From Candidatus Nanopelagicales bacterium (GTDB lineage: Bacteria > Actinomycetota > Actinomycetes > S36-B12), in contig JALRGY010000002.1 in the NCBI GenBank assembly GCA_023253325.1, forward strand, positions 1 to 62,637: a stretch of 62,637 nt of DNA, read 5' to 3'. Of the stretch, positions 39,357 to 48,270 are shown piece by piece; the stretch's first letter is position 1, and every line of letters starts with the position of its first letter. The notes under the pieces are model-generated. The model searched no databases and had not been told where the DNA came from. It saw only the letters and a program-made list of their open reading frames with translations. The position numbers and the translations under genes were made by a program.

Positions 39357-40954
39357 CCGTCACAAACTCACCAGTTAGTGCGGCTTCGATCACTCCTAGT
39401 TCCAGTGCGCGCCCATTGACCATGGCGATCCTGGCAATGGGTGGTGAAGGTGGTGGGGTCCTCGCTGACTGGGTGGTTGCTGTTGCCGAAAGAAACGGCT
39501 ACTTTGCACAAAATACATCGGTCGCGGGTGTGGCTCAACGCACGGGAGCCACCGTCTACTACGTTGAAATGCTGCCAAAGAGTGGGGATAACCCCGAACA
39601 AAGAGAACCGATTTTGAGCACAATGCCCACGCCCGGTGAGGTGGACATTGTCGTGGCGTCTGAATTAATGGAATCCGGGCGCGCAATTCAACGTGGATTC
39701 TGCACCCCGGATCGCACGACACTCATTGCCTCCACGAATCGGGTCTACTCAATGCCCGAGCGCACAGCCATGGGCGATGGACGCATTGATTCACAAGGGC
39801 TCATTGACGCCGGCAAGAATTCAGCCAAAAGGTTCATCCGTGCCGACTTCAACAAACTAGCAATTGATAACCGCAGTGTGATCAGCGCATCGCTTTTCGG
39901 TGCCATCGCCGCTGCTCAAGTTATTCCGTTTACCCGCGAACAATGTGAAGACATTATTCGCGGCGGAGGCAAGGGAATTGAAGCCAGTCTTGCTGCCTTC
40001 GATGCAGGTTTCAATGCGGCTCTCGCGTCAGAGCGACCCGTTGTTGAACTCACAATCGGTTCACGCCCACCCGAGGTCGAGAAATCAGGTCCAACAGCTG
40101 AAGTCCTCTCCATGGCGATTAACAATCCCAGTGAGCTAGTCGGGCCGAGACTCACCCAGTGTGCCGAACGCATTCATTCCGAGTTTCCCGAGCAGGCTCG
40201 CTACATGCTGGTTGAAGGCATTAAGCGATGCGCCGAATACCAAGATGTCAAATATGCCGAGCAGTACCTTGATCGCGTCGCACGTGTTACCCAGGTCGAT
40301 TCAACTCCCGATAACAAGCTAACCCTCGAGGCGGCCCGCTACACAGCTTTATGGATGACCTACGAAGACACCATTCGTGTCGCTTTTCATAAGACCCGCA
40401 AAGTGCGCTTTGATCGAGTCAAAGAGGAATCACGGGCATCGGACGCTGAAATGGTTCAAGTGCGCGAATTTCTTCACCCACAGATCGAAGAGATCACCGA
40501 CACCCTTCCCACGCCAATGGGTCGTTGGCTCCTCAATTCAAAGCCTTTCCAGTGGCTAGTTTTCAAAATCACCAATAAAGGCATCAAGATTCAAACATCA
40601 TCGGTCTGGGGATTCACCGTGCTTTACCTACTCGCCAAGCTTCGACCACTGCGACGCCGTTCGCTTCGTTTCGGAATTGAACAAAAGCGAATTGATAACT
40701 GGATTTCCATGCTCGTTTCTTTAGCTCCCGGCAATGGCGAGTTGGCCTATCAAGTGTGCCTGTGTCAGCAACTTATCAAGGGCTACGGCGACACCCATGC
40801 CAATGGCCTGCGCAATTTCACTGAAATCATTGATTACATTCCAACGGCCGAGAAGTCTCCAGATCCGGCTAACAAGATCAAAGAACTTCGAGGTGCAGCC
40901 CTGTCAGATGAAACAGGAAAAGCACTCACAGTGGCCCTAGGGCGAGCGCTTTAG
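39353..40954 (+). CDS. iorB: indolepyruvate oxidoreductase beta-subunit family protein (long form)
   Basis: AMGGEGGGVLADW and VAGVAQRTGAT motifs of the gamma/POR-type domain. 4-nt overlap with iorA, which suggests translational coupling. Confidence 0.75.
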   Translation: MTVTNSPVSAASITPSSSARPLTMAILAMGGEGGGVLADWVVAVAERNGYFAQNTSVAGVAQRTGATVYYVEMLPKSGDNPEQREPILSTMPTPGEVDIVVASELMESGRAIQRGFCTPDRTTLIASTNRVYSMPERTAMGDGRIDSQGLIDAGKNSAKRFIRADFNKLAIDNRSVISASLFGAIAAAQVIPFTREQCEDIIRGGGKGIEASLAAFDAGFNAALASERPVVELTIGSRPPEVEKSGPTAEVLSMAINNPSELVGPRLTQCAERIHSEFPEQARYMLVEGIKRCAEYQDVKYAEQYLDRVARVTQVDSTPDNKLTLEAARYTALWMTYEDTIRVAFHKTRKVRFDRVKEESRASDAEMVQVREFLHPQIEEITDTLPTPMGRWLLNSKPFQWLVFKITNKGIKIQTSSVWGFTVLYLLAKLRPLRRRSLRFGIEQKRIDNWISMLVSLAPGNGELAYQVCLCQQLIKGYGDTHANGLRNFTEIIDYIPTAEKSPDPANKIKELRGAALSDETGKALTVALGRAL

Positions 40955-42187
40955 CTCACCCTCGCGCAGTGGAGATCGTTTTCGAGCAAGGAATGTCACT
41001 AATAAGGCAATCATCGCTGCCACCAACATTGTGCTTCCCATTGACCAAGTATCGCCGAATATCGCTGTGACAACCGGTGGTATCAATGCACCCAACAGAA
41101 ATTGTGAACTGCCCAGAAATGCCGATGCTGTGCCCGCGGCATTGCCATGATGCTCCATTGCAATCGCTTGCGCATTTGCAATCATCCCTCCGAAGGCACC
41201 CACCGAGATAATGGTGGACGCTACGACGACAGGCAGGGGCCAGTGCGCAATTGAACCGATTACCAGAACAAGAGCGGCGGTGCAAATAATTACCAAGCCA
41301 CGCACAAGCGCTTTGTACGCGCCAATTACAAGTACAGCGCGCGAGTTGATCCAGGCACTGATGAGGAACGCGGTGGCCGAAAGGCCGAGAAAAATCGAGT
41401 ATTCAGTTGCTTCAACACCATATTGATCTGCCAGAAAAAATGAACCGGTAGACAGCCAGCTGAACATAATTAATCCCATGAGTCCTGTCACTAGGACCAT
41501 TGACCAAAAGTGAGGGTCGCGCATGAGTTCACTACGTGCCACTGTCTCTAATGCCTTATCTTCTTTGCTCACCAAATGGCGATGCCAGGTCTCGGGAAAC
41601 CAAAAGAAAGTCATGAGGAATGCGGCAGCTCCAGCCACCGCCAAGACTGCGAACACCCCGTGCCAGTCAATAACTTGAAGTGCCAATGCACCAATAAATG
41701 GGCCAATGATGGGCGCGAGCACAGCCACAACTAGCAAGCGAGAAAGCGCTTGGGCCGTAAAAGGACCTGTTGTGCGGTCACGTATTGAGGCCCTCGCGAG
41801 CACCACCCCGGAGGCACCCGCAAATCCTTGCAGGAACCGTAAGACCACCAGAGCAGGTAGTGACGGTGCGAAGGCACAAAGAACACTGAGGACCACGAAT
41901 AGACCGGTGCCAACGAGCGCCGGCATACGTCGACCCACGTGATCACTCAGGGAGCCAATAACCAATTGCCCTATCGCGATGCCAATGAGGGCCGCGGAAA
42001 CAGTTAATTGAGTCGCGGAGGTTGACGAGTCAAATGCCAATGCAATGGCGGGCAAGGCTGGGACAAATAGATTTGTAGCCAACGGAGTAATCATGGTGAG
42101 CGCACCCAATACGAGATAGCCCTTCAGTGATATCGGGCTCTTACCGGCGATGCTCATGGGATCCGAGTCTCTCACGTGGTCCTGCAA
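40937..42187 (-). CDS. MFS transporter (Bcr/CflA-like, 12 TM)
   Basis: Twelve hydrophobic segments and an MFS motif A-like SDHVGRR. A likely start is at 42157 (MSIAGK...). Confidence 0.8.
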   Translation of the reverse strand: MQDHVRDSDPMSIAGKSPISLKGYLVLGALTMITPLATNLFVPALPAIALAFDSSTSATQLTVSAALIGIAIGQLVIGSLSDHVGRRMPALVGTGLFVVLSVLCAFAPSLPALVVLRFLQGFAGASGVVLARASIRDRTTGPFTAQALSRLLVVAVLAPIIGPFIGALALQVIDWHGVFAVLAVAGAAAFLMTFFWFPETWHRHLVSKEDKALETVARSELMRDPHFWSMVLVTGLMGLIMFSWLSTGSFFLADQYGVEATEYSIFLGLSATAFLISAWINSRAVLVIGAYKALVRGLVIICTAALVLVIGSIAHWPLPVVVASTIISVGAFGGMIANAQAIAMEHHGNAAGTASAFLGSSQFLLGALIPPVVTAIFGDTWSMGSTMLVAAMIALLVTFLARKRSPLREGELKRSP

Positions 42188-42191
42188 AAGT

Positions 42192-42226
42192 ATTGGGTCC
42201 CAGTCATTTGCTGACTGGGACCCAAT
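42192..42226 (-). terminator. intrinsic terminator downstream of the cyclase gene
   Basis: Perfect 15-bp inverted repeat ATTGGGTCCCAGTCA-TTTGC-TGACTGGGACCCAAT. On the minus strand it is followed by ACTTTTG. Confidence 0.7.
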
Positions 42227-42248
42227 TGAGAAACTTGTTAGTGTCTGT

Positions 42249-43019
42249 CTATTTTTGAACCAAAGCTAAAACTCGACAAGGGCTGCCTGATCCCTTAACG
42301 ATGGGAAGCGGTGCAACAACCACGACTGCACCCGTGATGGGAAGCTTGTCCAGGTTGCGTAACTGCGTTACGCCACACTTATTTGCACCCATAAACATGT
42401 TGTGACAAGGAAATGGTGGGTCAAATGCCATGGCACCACCCGCATCAGTTCCAACGGTTTCCACACCCCACCCAAGAATCTCACTCTCAGAGAGGTACTT
42501 GGCGGCTTCGGGTGTCACACCTGGTGTGTGCGGGCCATTTTCGTCGGCATTTGCAAATGCAACAGGATCATCACCGTACCGTGACCAACCGGTGCGGAAC
42601 AGGAACCATGAGTGTGGAGGGATGGGGCCATTCTCTGCTTCCCAAGCTTTCACATCTTCCAAGGTGAGACAGTAGTCAGGGTTTGCCGCCACCTCGGCGG
42701 TTTTGTCAATGATTACGGCGGGGCCAACTAGACGCTGCGCTGGGATCTGGCTGACATCGTCTTTGTCCTGGCCCGTTACCCAGTGAATAGGAGCATCGAC
42801 GTGTGTGCCCGTGTGCTCACCCGTGTGAACGTTATTCCAATACCAAGCAGGACCACGATCGTCATATCGACTGATCTCTTCAAGCTCGAAAACAGCGGTC
42901 TGGCCAAATTCCGGTGGAAGCGCCAGCACGGGTGTCCCCGAATGAAGCGGTGAAGTCAAGTCAATTACTTGAACGGAGCCATCAACTATCGAGGCTGCTA
43001 ATGAATTGAGATCTGTCAT
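42249..43019 (-). CDS. cyclase-family metal-dependent hydrolase (kynurenine formamidase / isatin hydrolase fold)
   Basis: HTGEHTGTHVDAPIHW matches the HxGTHxDxPxH metal-binding motif of the cyclase/arylformamidase family. 256 aa. Confidence 0.8.
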   Translation of the reverse strand: MTDLNSLAASIVDGSVQVIDLTSPLHSGTPVLALPPEFGQTAVFELEEISRYDDRGPAWYWNNVHTGEHTGTHVDAPIHWVTGQDKDDVSQIPAQRLVGPAVIIDKTAEVAANPDYCLTLEDVKAWEAENGPIPPHSWFLFRTGWSRYGDDPVAFANADENGPHTPGVTPEAAKYLSESEILGWGVETVGTDAGGAMAFDPPFPCHNMFMGANKCGVTQLRNLDKLPITGAVVVVAPLPIVKGSGSPCRVLALVQK

Positions 43020-43064
43020 AACATTGATCCTTCCAGTTTTCAGTGTGAGTACATTGTGTCGGTT

Positions 43065-45422
43065 TTATTGCCCTGGCCGCCAGCGTTTTGGCCTATCCGT
43101 GAGTTTTTCTGGCGCTCGCAATTCAAGGCGCGGTTTTGGATCTTCATTGCGTCCCGCAGGGGGCTTACGGCTCCCAGCCGCGTATTGATTCGGCCACGGA
43201 ACTCGATATTCCTGTTCTGTTGCTGCATGCAGGGTCCAAGCTGGGTCATAAAGATGCGGCCGGCCAAGAGCACAGAGATCCGCCCTTCCCGCAGCGATAA
43301 TCGTGTTGACATCGTCCCAACTGCTGATTGAACCAACAGCCATCGTGGCAACTCCGATTACGTTTCGGATTCGATCTGCAAATGGAGTTTGATACGAACG
43401 GCCGTAAGCAGGCTTAGCCTTTGGGGTCGTTTGGCCCGTTGAAACATCGACAATATCTACTCCGTGCTCAGCAAATACTCGAGCCATTTCCACCGATTCC
43501 TCGACGGATAGGCCATCGGGGACCCAATCCGAGGCGGAGATGCGCACACTAATTGGCTTACCCGCAGGCCACACGGCGCGAATGGCATCAAATACTTCGA
43601 GTGGGAAACGCATTCGGTTTTCCAGGCTGCCGCCATATTCATCGGTCCGTTGATTACTCACTGGAGTCAAGAAACTCGACATGAGATAACCGTGGGCGCA
43701 GTGGTATTCCAGCAGATCAAATCCTGCTGCATCAGCATTTTGAGCGCCCGTGACAAATTCTTCAAGGACCGCGTCCATGTCGGCTCGCGTCATTTCCCGC
43801 GGTACTTGGCTGTTTTCCAAATACGGAATGGGCGAAGGAGCAATGATCTCCCAATTGCCATCGGGAAGTGGCTGATCGATGCCCTCCCACATTAATTTTG
43901 TGGAACCCTTGCGACCTGAGTGACCTAATTGCAAACCAATTTTAGACTCAGTCGTGTGCACGAAATCAACAATTTTTTTCCATGCGGTGACTTGTTCGTG
44001 ATTCCAAATTCCACCGCATCCCGGAGTGATCCTGCCCTGCGGTGAAGTGCACACCATCTCTGTCATGACCAGGCCGGCACCTCCCAATGCCCGCGAGCCT
44101 AAATGCACCATGTGGAAATCACCAGGTATGCCGTCCACGGAACAGTACATATCCATGGGGGAGACAACAACACGGTTGGGCAGTTCCAAGTCGCGCAATT
44201 TGAACGGCAGGAACATCGGGGGGCGTGGTGTGGTTCCAGCCGGAACACGACCACTCGCTATTTGATCACGCAAAAGCCACGAATCAACTTCTCGAACAAA
44301 CGCTGGGTCTCGTTCGAGGAGATTGTCATAGGTGATTCGTCTGCTGCGTGTCATCAGATTGAAAGCAAACTGAACGGGCTCTTGAGCAGCGTATTGATTA
44401 ATCTCCTCAAACCATTCCATGCTTGCTTGGGCGGATCGCTGAGTGCTCTTCACCACAGGAAGACGTTCTTCGTCATACGCCTTCAGTGCACTCTCAATTG
44501 TCGGTTGCTCCTGCAAACATGCAGCTAAACTAAGAGCATCTTCCATGGCGAGTTTTGTGCCCGAACCGATGCTGAAGTGTGCCGTGTGTGCTGAATCTCC
44601 AAGAAGTACAAGGTTGTCTTTTACCAATGTGCGGTTTCGAATCGTTCGGAAGGTTACCCATTTACTATTGTTCACGATCAATTCGTGACCATCGAGTACA
44701 TCGGCAAAAAGTTCAGCTACTTTCTCAACACTCTTCATGTCACTGACACCGGGCGGCAATTCCTCTGACTCAAATTGATCAAACCCAGCGTTGCGCCACA
44801 CGTCCTCATGCATTTCAATGATGAATGTGCTGCCTTTGTCATCCATGGGATAGGCGTGAATCTGCATGACTCCGTGAGGAGTATTGCGGATGAAAAATTC
44901 GAATGCTTCAAAAACGAGATCCGTGCCCAGCCACATGAACTTGCATTGACGTGGATCGATCGTTGTTCCAAAGTCAGATTCAAAGGTTGAACGGATCCCG
45001 CTGTTGATACCGTCACTTGCCAACACAAGATCGTAGTTCGCCATGAGTTCTTCAACAGGAGGTGCTTCGGAATTGAAGTGAATGGGAACGCCATGAGCTG
45101 TGGCCCTCCGTTGCAGCACATGGAGCAACTCCTTGCGGCTCATTGCCGCGAAACCATTGCCGCCAATGGTGAACTGAGATCCATCAATGTCTACATCTAC
45201 GTCATCCCAATAGGCGAATGAGCGGCCCATGTCCTCAAAGACAGACTGGTCCGATGCCTTGATCCCACTCAATGTTTGGTCAGAAAAAACAACACCGAAA
45301 CCAAAAGTGTCATCGGGGGCATTTCGCTCCCAAACAGTGATGTCGGCATGTGGATCAATTTGTTTGATGAGGGAAGAGAAGTACAAACCTCCTGGGCCTG
45401 CGCCAACTACTGCGATTTTCAC
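43065..45422 (-). CDS. bifunctional FAD-dependent aryl-CoA monooxygenase / Old-Yellow-Enzyme-type reductase (2-aminobenzoyl-CoA monooxygenase-reductase or salicylyl-CoA 5-hydroxylase-like)
   Basis: The N-terminal half has IAVVGAGPGG, GDSAHTAHFSIGSGT (the DG/GD motifs of group A flavin monooxygenases). The C-terminal half is an OYE TIM barrel (VVSPMDMY, GLQLGHSGRKG, LEYHCAHGYL). The GTG at 45422 with an upstream GGGAAG is preferred over the track start at 45458. Confidence 0.8.
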   Translation of the reverse strand: MKIAVVGAGPGGLYFSSLIKQIDPHADITVWERNAPDDTFGFGVVFSDQTLSGIKASDQSVFEDMGRSFAYWDDVDVDIDGSQFTIGGNGFAAMSRKELLHVLQRRATAHGVPIHFNSEAPPVEELMANYDLVLASDGINSGIRSTFESDFGTTIDPRQCKFMWLGTDLVFEAFEFFIRNTPHGVMQIHAYPMDDKGSTFIIEMHEDVWRNAGFDQFESEELPPGVSDMKSVEKVAELFADVLDGHELIVNNSKWVTFRTIRNRTLVKDNLVLLGDSAHTAHFSIGSGTKLAMEDALSLAACLQEQPTIESALKAYDEERLPVVKSTQRSAQASMEWFEEINQYAAQEPVQFAFNLMTRSRRITYDNLLERDPAFVREVDSWLLRDQIASGRVPAGTTPRPPMFLPFKLRDLELPNRVVVSPMDMYCSVDGIPGDFHMVHLGSRALGGAGLVMTEMVCTSPQGRITPGCGGIWNHEQVTAWKKIVDFVHTTESKIGLQLGHSGRKGSTKLMWEGIDQPLPDGNWEIIAPSPIPYLENSQVPREMTRADMDAVLEEFVTGAQNADAAGFDLLEYHCAHGYLMSSFLTPVSNQRTDEYGGSLENRMRFPLEVFDAIRAVWPAGKPISVRISASDWVPDGLSVEESVEMARVFAEHGVDIVDVSTGQTTPKAKPAYGRSYQTPFADRIRNVIGVATMAVGSISSWDDVNTIIAAGRADLCALGRPHLYDPAWTLHAATEQEYRVPWPNQYAAGSRKPPAGRNEDPKPRLELRAPEKLTDRPKRWRPGQ

Positions 45423-45474
45423 CGGATGAACTTCCCTTCTGAATTTCCCGACACCCACACCTCTTGCGTCTTTT

Positions 45475-45497
45475 TGACTATCGCCAATAGTACGGTA
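45475..45497. promoter_or_regulatory. candidate operator site B (TGACTATCGCCAATAGTACGGTA) in the divergent monooxygenase/SDR promoter
   Basis: 17 of 23 positions match site A by eye. The central CAATAGTA (TACTAT on the minus strand) is -10-like. Confidence 0.4.
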
Positions 45498-45549
45498 TAT
45501 ACATCATTGAGCAACCTTTTTCCCGAAATCCCACTCAATTTAGGCAAGG

Positions 45550-46359
45550 ATGCCCCCTATGTCAGAAAACCCCAGTCTCGAGACCGCACCACAACGATTT
45601 GCTGGCAAGGTCGCGGTCATCACGGGTGGGGCAGGTGGTCTAGGCCTGGCAATAGCTGAAGCCTTCTGCCACGAGGGCGGGCGCGTAGCCCTCTTTGACG
45701 CGAACCCCGAAGCCGTCACAGCCGGGACTCAAAGTCTTGAGAAACTGGGTTTTTCAGCAAGTGGCGAGTGTGTCGACGTTCGAGATTCACACCAGGTACA
45801 GGCGGCGATGGCTCGAGTGGCCGAGCGCTTTGGTCGAATAGATTCACTCATTGCGGCGGCCGGTGGAAGTTTGGGAACACCTCGCGACTTGGAAGATATT
45901 TCCCCCGAAGACCTAGACCTCGTTATTGACGTCAACATCAAGGGCACTTACCACTGCAGTGCTGCCGTAGTTCCCTACATGCGCTCCCAGGGTGGCGGGT
46001 CAATCGTCACCTTTAGTTCCATCGGAGGCCGGAGCACGAGTCCCGTTACAGGTATTCCCTATGCCGCTGCAAAAGCTGGCATTCTTGGTTTAACCCGACG
46101 ATTGGCGCGCGAAGTCGGGCCCGAAAATATTCGCGTTAATGCCATTGCACCTGGATTATTTCTCACCGGCAGATTACAAGGCATGTTTGATGCGATGAGC
46201 GAAAAAGATCGGAATGAAGTACTCGATTCCATTCCGTTGCACCGCATGCCGAACATTGACGAATGTGTTGAGCCTGTCCTATTTCTGGCAAGCGATGCTT
46301 CGTCTTACATCACGGGGGTTGTGCTCGACGTCAACGGTGGAAGGTTTATGGCCGGTTAA
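45550..46359 (+). CDS. SDR-family oxidoreductase
   Basis: ITGGAGGLG and YAAAKAGI (YxxxK) motifs. The alternative ATG at 45559 has better Shine-Dalgarno spacing. Confidence 0.8.
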   Translation: MPPMSENPSLETAPQRFAGKVAVITGGAGGLGLAIAEAFCHEGGRVALFDANPEAVTAGTQSLEKLGFSASGECVDVRDSHQVQAAMARVAERFGRIDSLIAAAGGSLGTPRDLEDISPEDLDLVIDVNIKGTYHCSAAVVPYMRSQGGGSIVTFSSIGGRSTSPVTGIPYAAAKAGILGLTRRLAREVGPENIRVNAIAPGLFLTGRLQGMFDAMSEKDRNEVLDSIPLHRMPNIDECVEPVLFLASDASSYITGVVLDVNGGRFMAG

Positions 46360-47398
46360 GAAATGGGAGACGAAGCGTAAATTCCCTGCCCCCTGTTATA
46401 CCTTTGGGTCGCCAAATGAGAATGGCTACCAGCGCCGCCGCAATCACCACTCCGCGGGCACCGTTGGGCAACGTGATGTCAATGCCACCAAGGGTTACAC
46501 CACTTTCAAACTCCAACAAAACTTGTCCGATTGCGGTCACCGCAATTGTTCCGACCACCGCACCCCACATGCTGGTAGCACCACCGATAACCAACATTGC
46601 CAACGTGGTAAACGTGAATCCAAGATAAAAGTCACGTGCACTCACAGCACCCGAATGGTGGGCATACATAGCGCCACTGAGTGCTGCGATTCCACCGGAA
46701 ACCGTAAAGAAAAGCACACGTAGGCGCCAGACGCTAGCTCCTAGTGCTCGCGCGGCCAATGGATCTTCCCGTGTTGCGCGCAGAAGGCGCCCTCTCCGAG
46801 AAATCCCAATGAGATAGACCACCACCATGACGACCACTGCCAAGATGATTGATTCATCAACGAATCCGAATTTGGGAACCTGGGGCATGACCTGAGGACC
46901 TGGGCCGATCAGGCGCCAGTTGAAAAACACGTTGTCTGCCACCATAAGAAGCGCAAATGTCGCGATTCCAGCGGCCAGACCGCTCAGTCGCATGAGGAAC
47001 AGCCCGGTGAGGAATGCAAAAAATGCACCTATGGCGACGGCAATGACCAGGCTTGGCCAAATGCCCATGTTAATTGCCTTGAGCGGCTCCCAAAGTTCAT
47101 CTAACACGTTTTCTTTGATTTTGACCGGCACGGTTAATAAACCCGTGGCAAAACCACCGACCATGGCAAACGCTGCCTGACCAAACGACAAAACACCACT
47201 ATTACCGATGAAAACTTGTAAGCCTAAAACCATGACAAGGAGAGCCAAGGTTCCTTCAGTGAGGAAGGTGAATGTAATCGAAATGCTACTGATCACGTAA
47301 GACAAAACCACGATTACAACGATGGGACCAAGTAATTGCTGCCATTGAAAGCGCGTTACACCCGGCAATTGACTTGAGCGCAAGAGATCATCAGACAC
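46346..47398 (-). CDS. ABC transporter permease, LivM-like (HAAT family)
   Basis: Polytopic. Order and size match the LivM component of branched-chain/hydrophobic amino-acid type importers. Confidence 0.82.
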   Translation of the reverse strand: MSDDLLRSSQLPGVTRFQWQQLLGPIVVIVVLSYVISSISITFTFLTEGTLALLVMVLGLQVFIGNSGVLSFGQAAFAMVGGFATGLLTVPVKIKENVLDELWEPLKAINMGIWPSLVIAVAIGAFFAFLTGLFLMRLSGLAAGIATFALLMVADNVFFNWRLIGPGPQVMPQVPKFGFVDESIILAVVVMVVVYLIGISRRGRLLRATREDPLAARALGASVWRLRVLFFTVSGGIAALSGAMYAHHSGAVSARDFYLGFTFTTLAMLVIGGATSMWGAVVGTIAVTAIGQVLLEFESGVTLGGIDITLPNGARGVVIAAALVAILIWRPKGITGGREFTLRLPFLNRP

Positions 47399-48270
47399 TA
47401 CACACGCTCCTTGACAGCCTTATTTGATATCAGTCCGCCAGGGCGCACCAACAGGACGATGATCACGAGAATGAATAGCCATGTGTATGTGTAGACGCGG
47501 TAATTACCCAAAAACGAGTTCAACAGGCTGATCGTTGCACCAACCGCGAATCCGCCCAGGGCTGCTCCTTGTAGGCTTCCTAGCCCACCGATCACCGTGC
47601 CCACGAGTGCAAGGATCGTGATGTTAACGCCAAATAATGGGTCGACACTGCCACGCTGTGTCACCAGAACGAAGGCCACAGCCGCGGCCAACACACCACT
47701 GAAAACAAAGGCCGCACCGATAACACGGTTGGAGCGAACCCCCAATAGGCGTGCCGTTTGAAAATCACTTGATGCGGCACGAATTTGAAGGCCCAAAGTG
47801 GTCTTCTCAATGAAGAACCACATTCCGCCAAGGAGGATTAGAGCGAGAACAATGGTGACAATGCTGCCGCGGGTAATTGTGGTGTCTCCGAATTCAATGA
47901 CTCCCGTCATCCACGGTGCAATTTGACCTGAGAGAGGTAGCGCACCAAAAATAATCTCATAAAACCGCTGCAGGAAAACACTAACCCCAAATGACGCAAT
48001 CAAAAGGACTGCAGGTCCTGCAAGCCGCAATCGTTTAAAGACACTAAATTCCATCAACAGCGCCAAAATTGCCGTACCTGTCACCGCAATCAAAATACTT
48101 AACGGTAAACCAAGGTCAATGGTGACAATAAAAAGATAAGCACCGATCGCTATAAGCTCACCATGCGCAAAGTTTACGAGTCGCATCACACCAAAAACGA
48201 GACCAATACCGAGCGCTGCAAGACCGTAGAGTCCTCCATAACTCAGTGCATCGAGAATAGTTTGAATCAT
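47398..48270 (-). CDS. ABC transporter permease, LivH-like (HAAT family)
   Basis: N-terminus MIQTILDALSYGGLYGLAALGIGLVFGVMRLVNFAHGE is the typical LivH signature. Confidence 0.85.
   Translation of the reverse strand: MIQTILDALSYGGLYGLAALGIGLVFGVMRLVNFAHGELIAIGAYLFIVTIDLGLPLSILIAVTGTAILALLMEFSVFKRLRLAGPAVLLIASFGVSVFLQRFYEIIFGALPLSGQIAPWMTGVIEFGDTTITRGSIVTIVLALILLGGMWFFIEKTTLGLQIRAASSDFQTARLLGVRSNRVIGAAFVFSGVLAAAVAFVLVTQRGSVDPLFGVNITILALVGTVIGGLGSLQGAALGGFAVGATISLLNSFLGNYRVYTYTWLFILVIIVLLVRPGGLISNKAVKERV

Noticed and set aside
46214-46723. 169-aa ORF on the plus strand
   Set aside because: It is out of frame over the end of the SDR gene and antisense to the LivM-like permease. It has no motifs.
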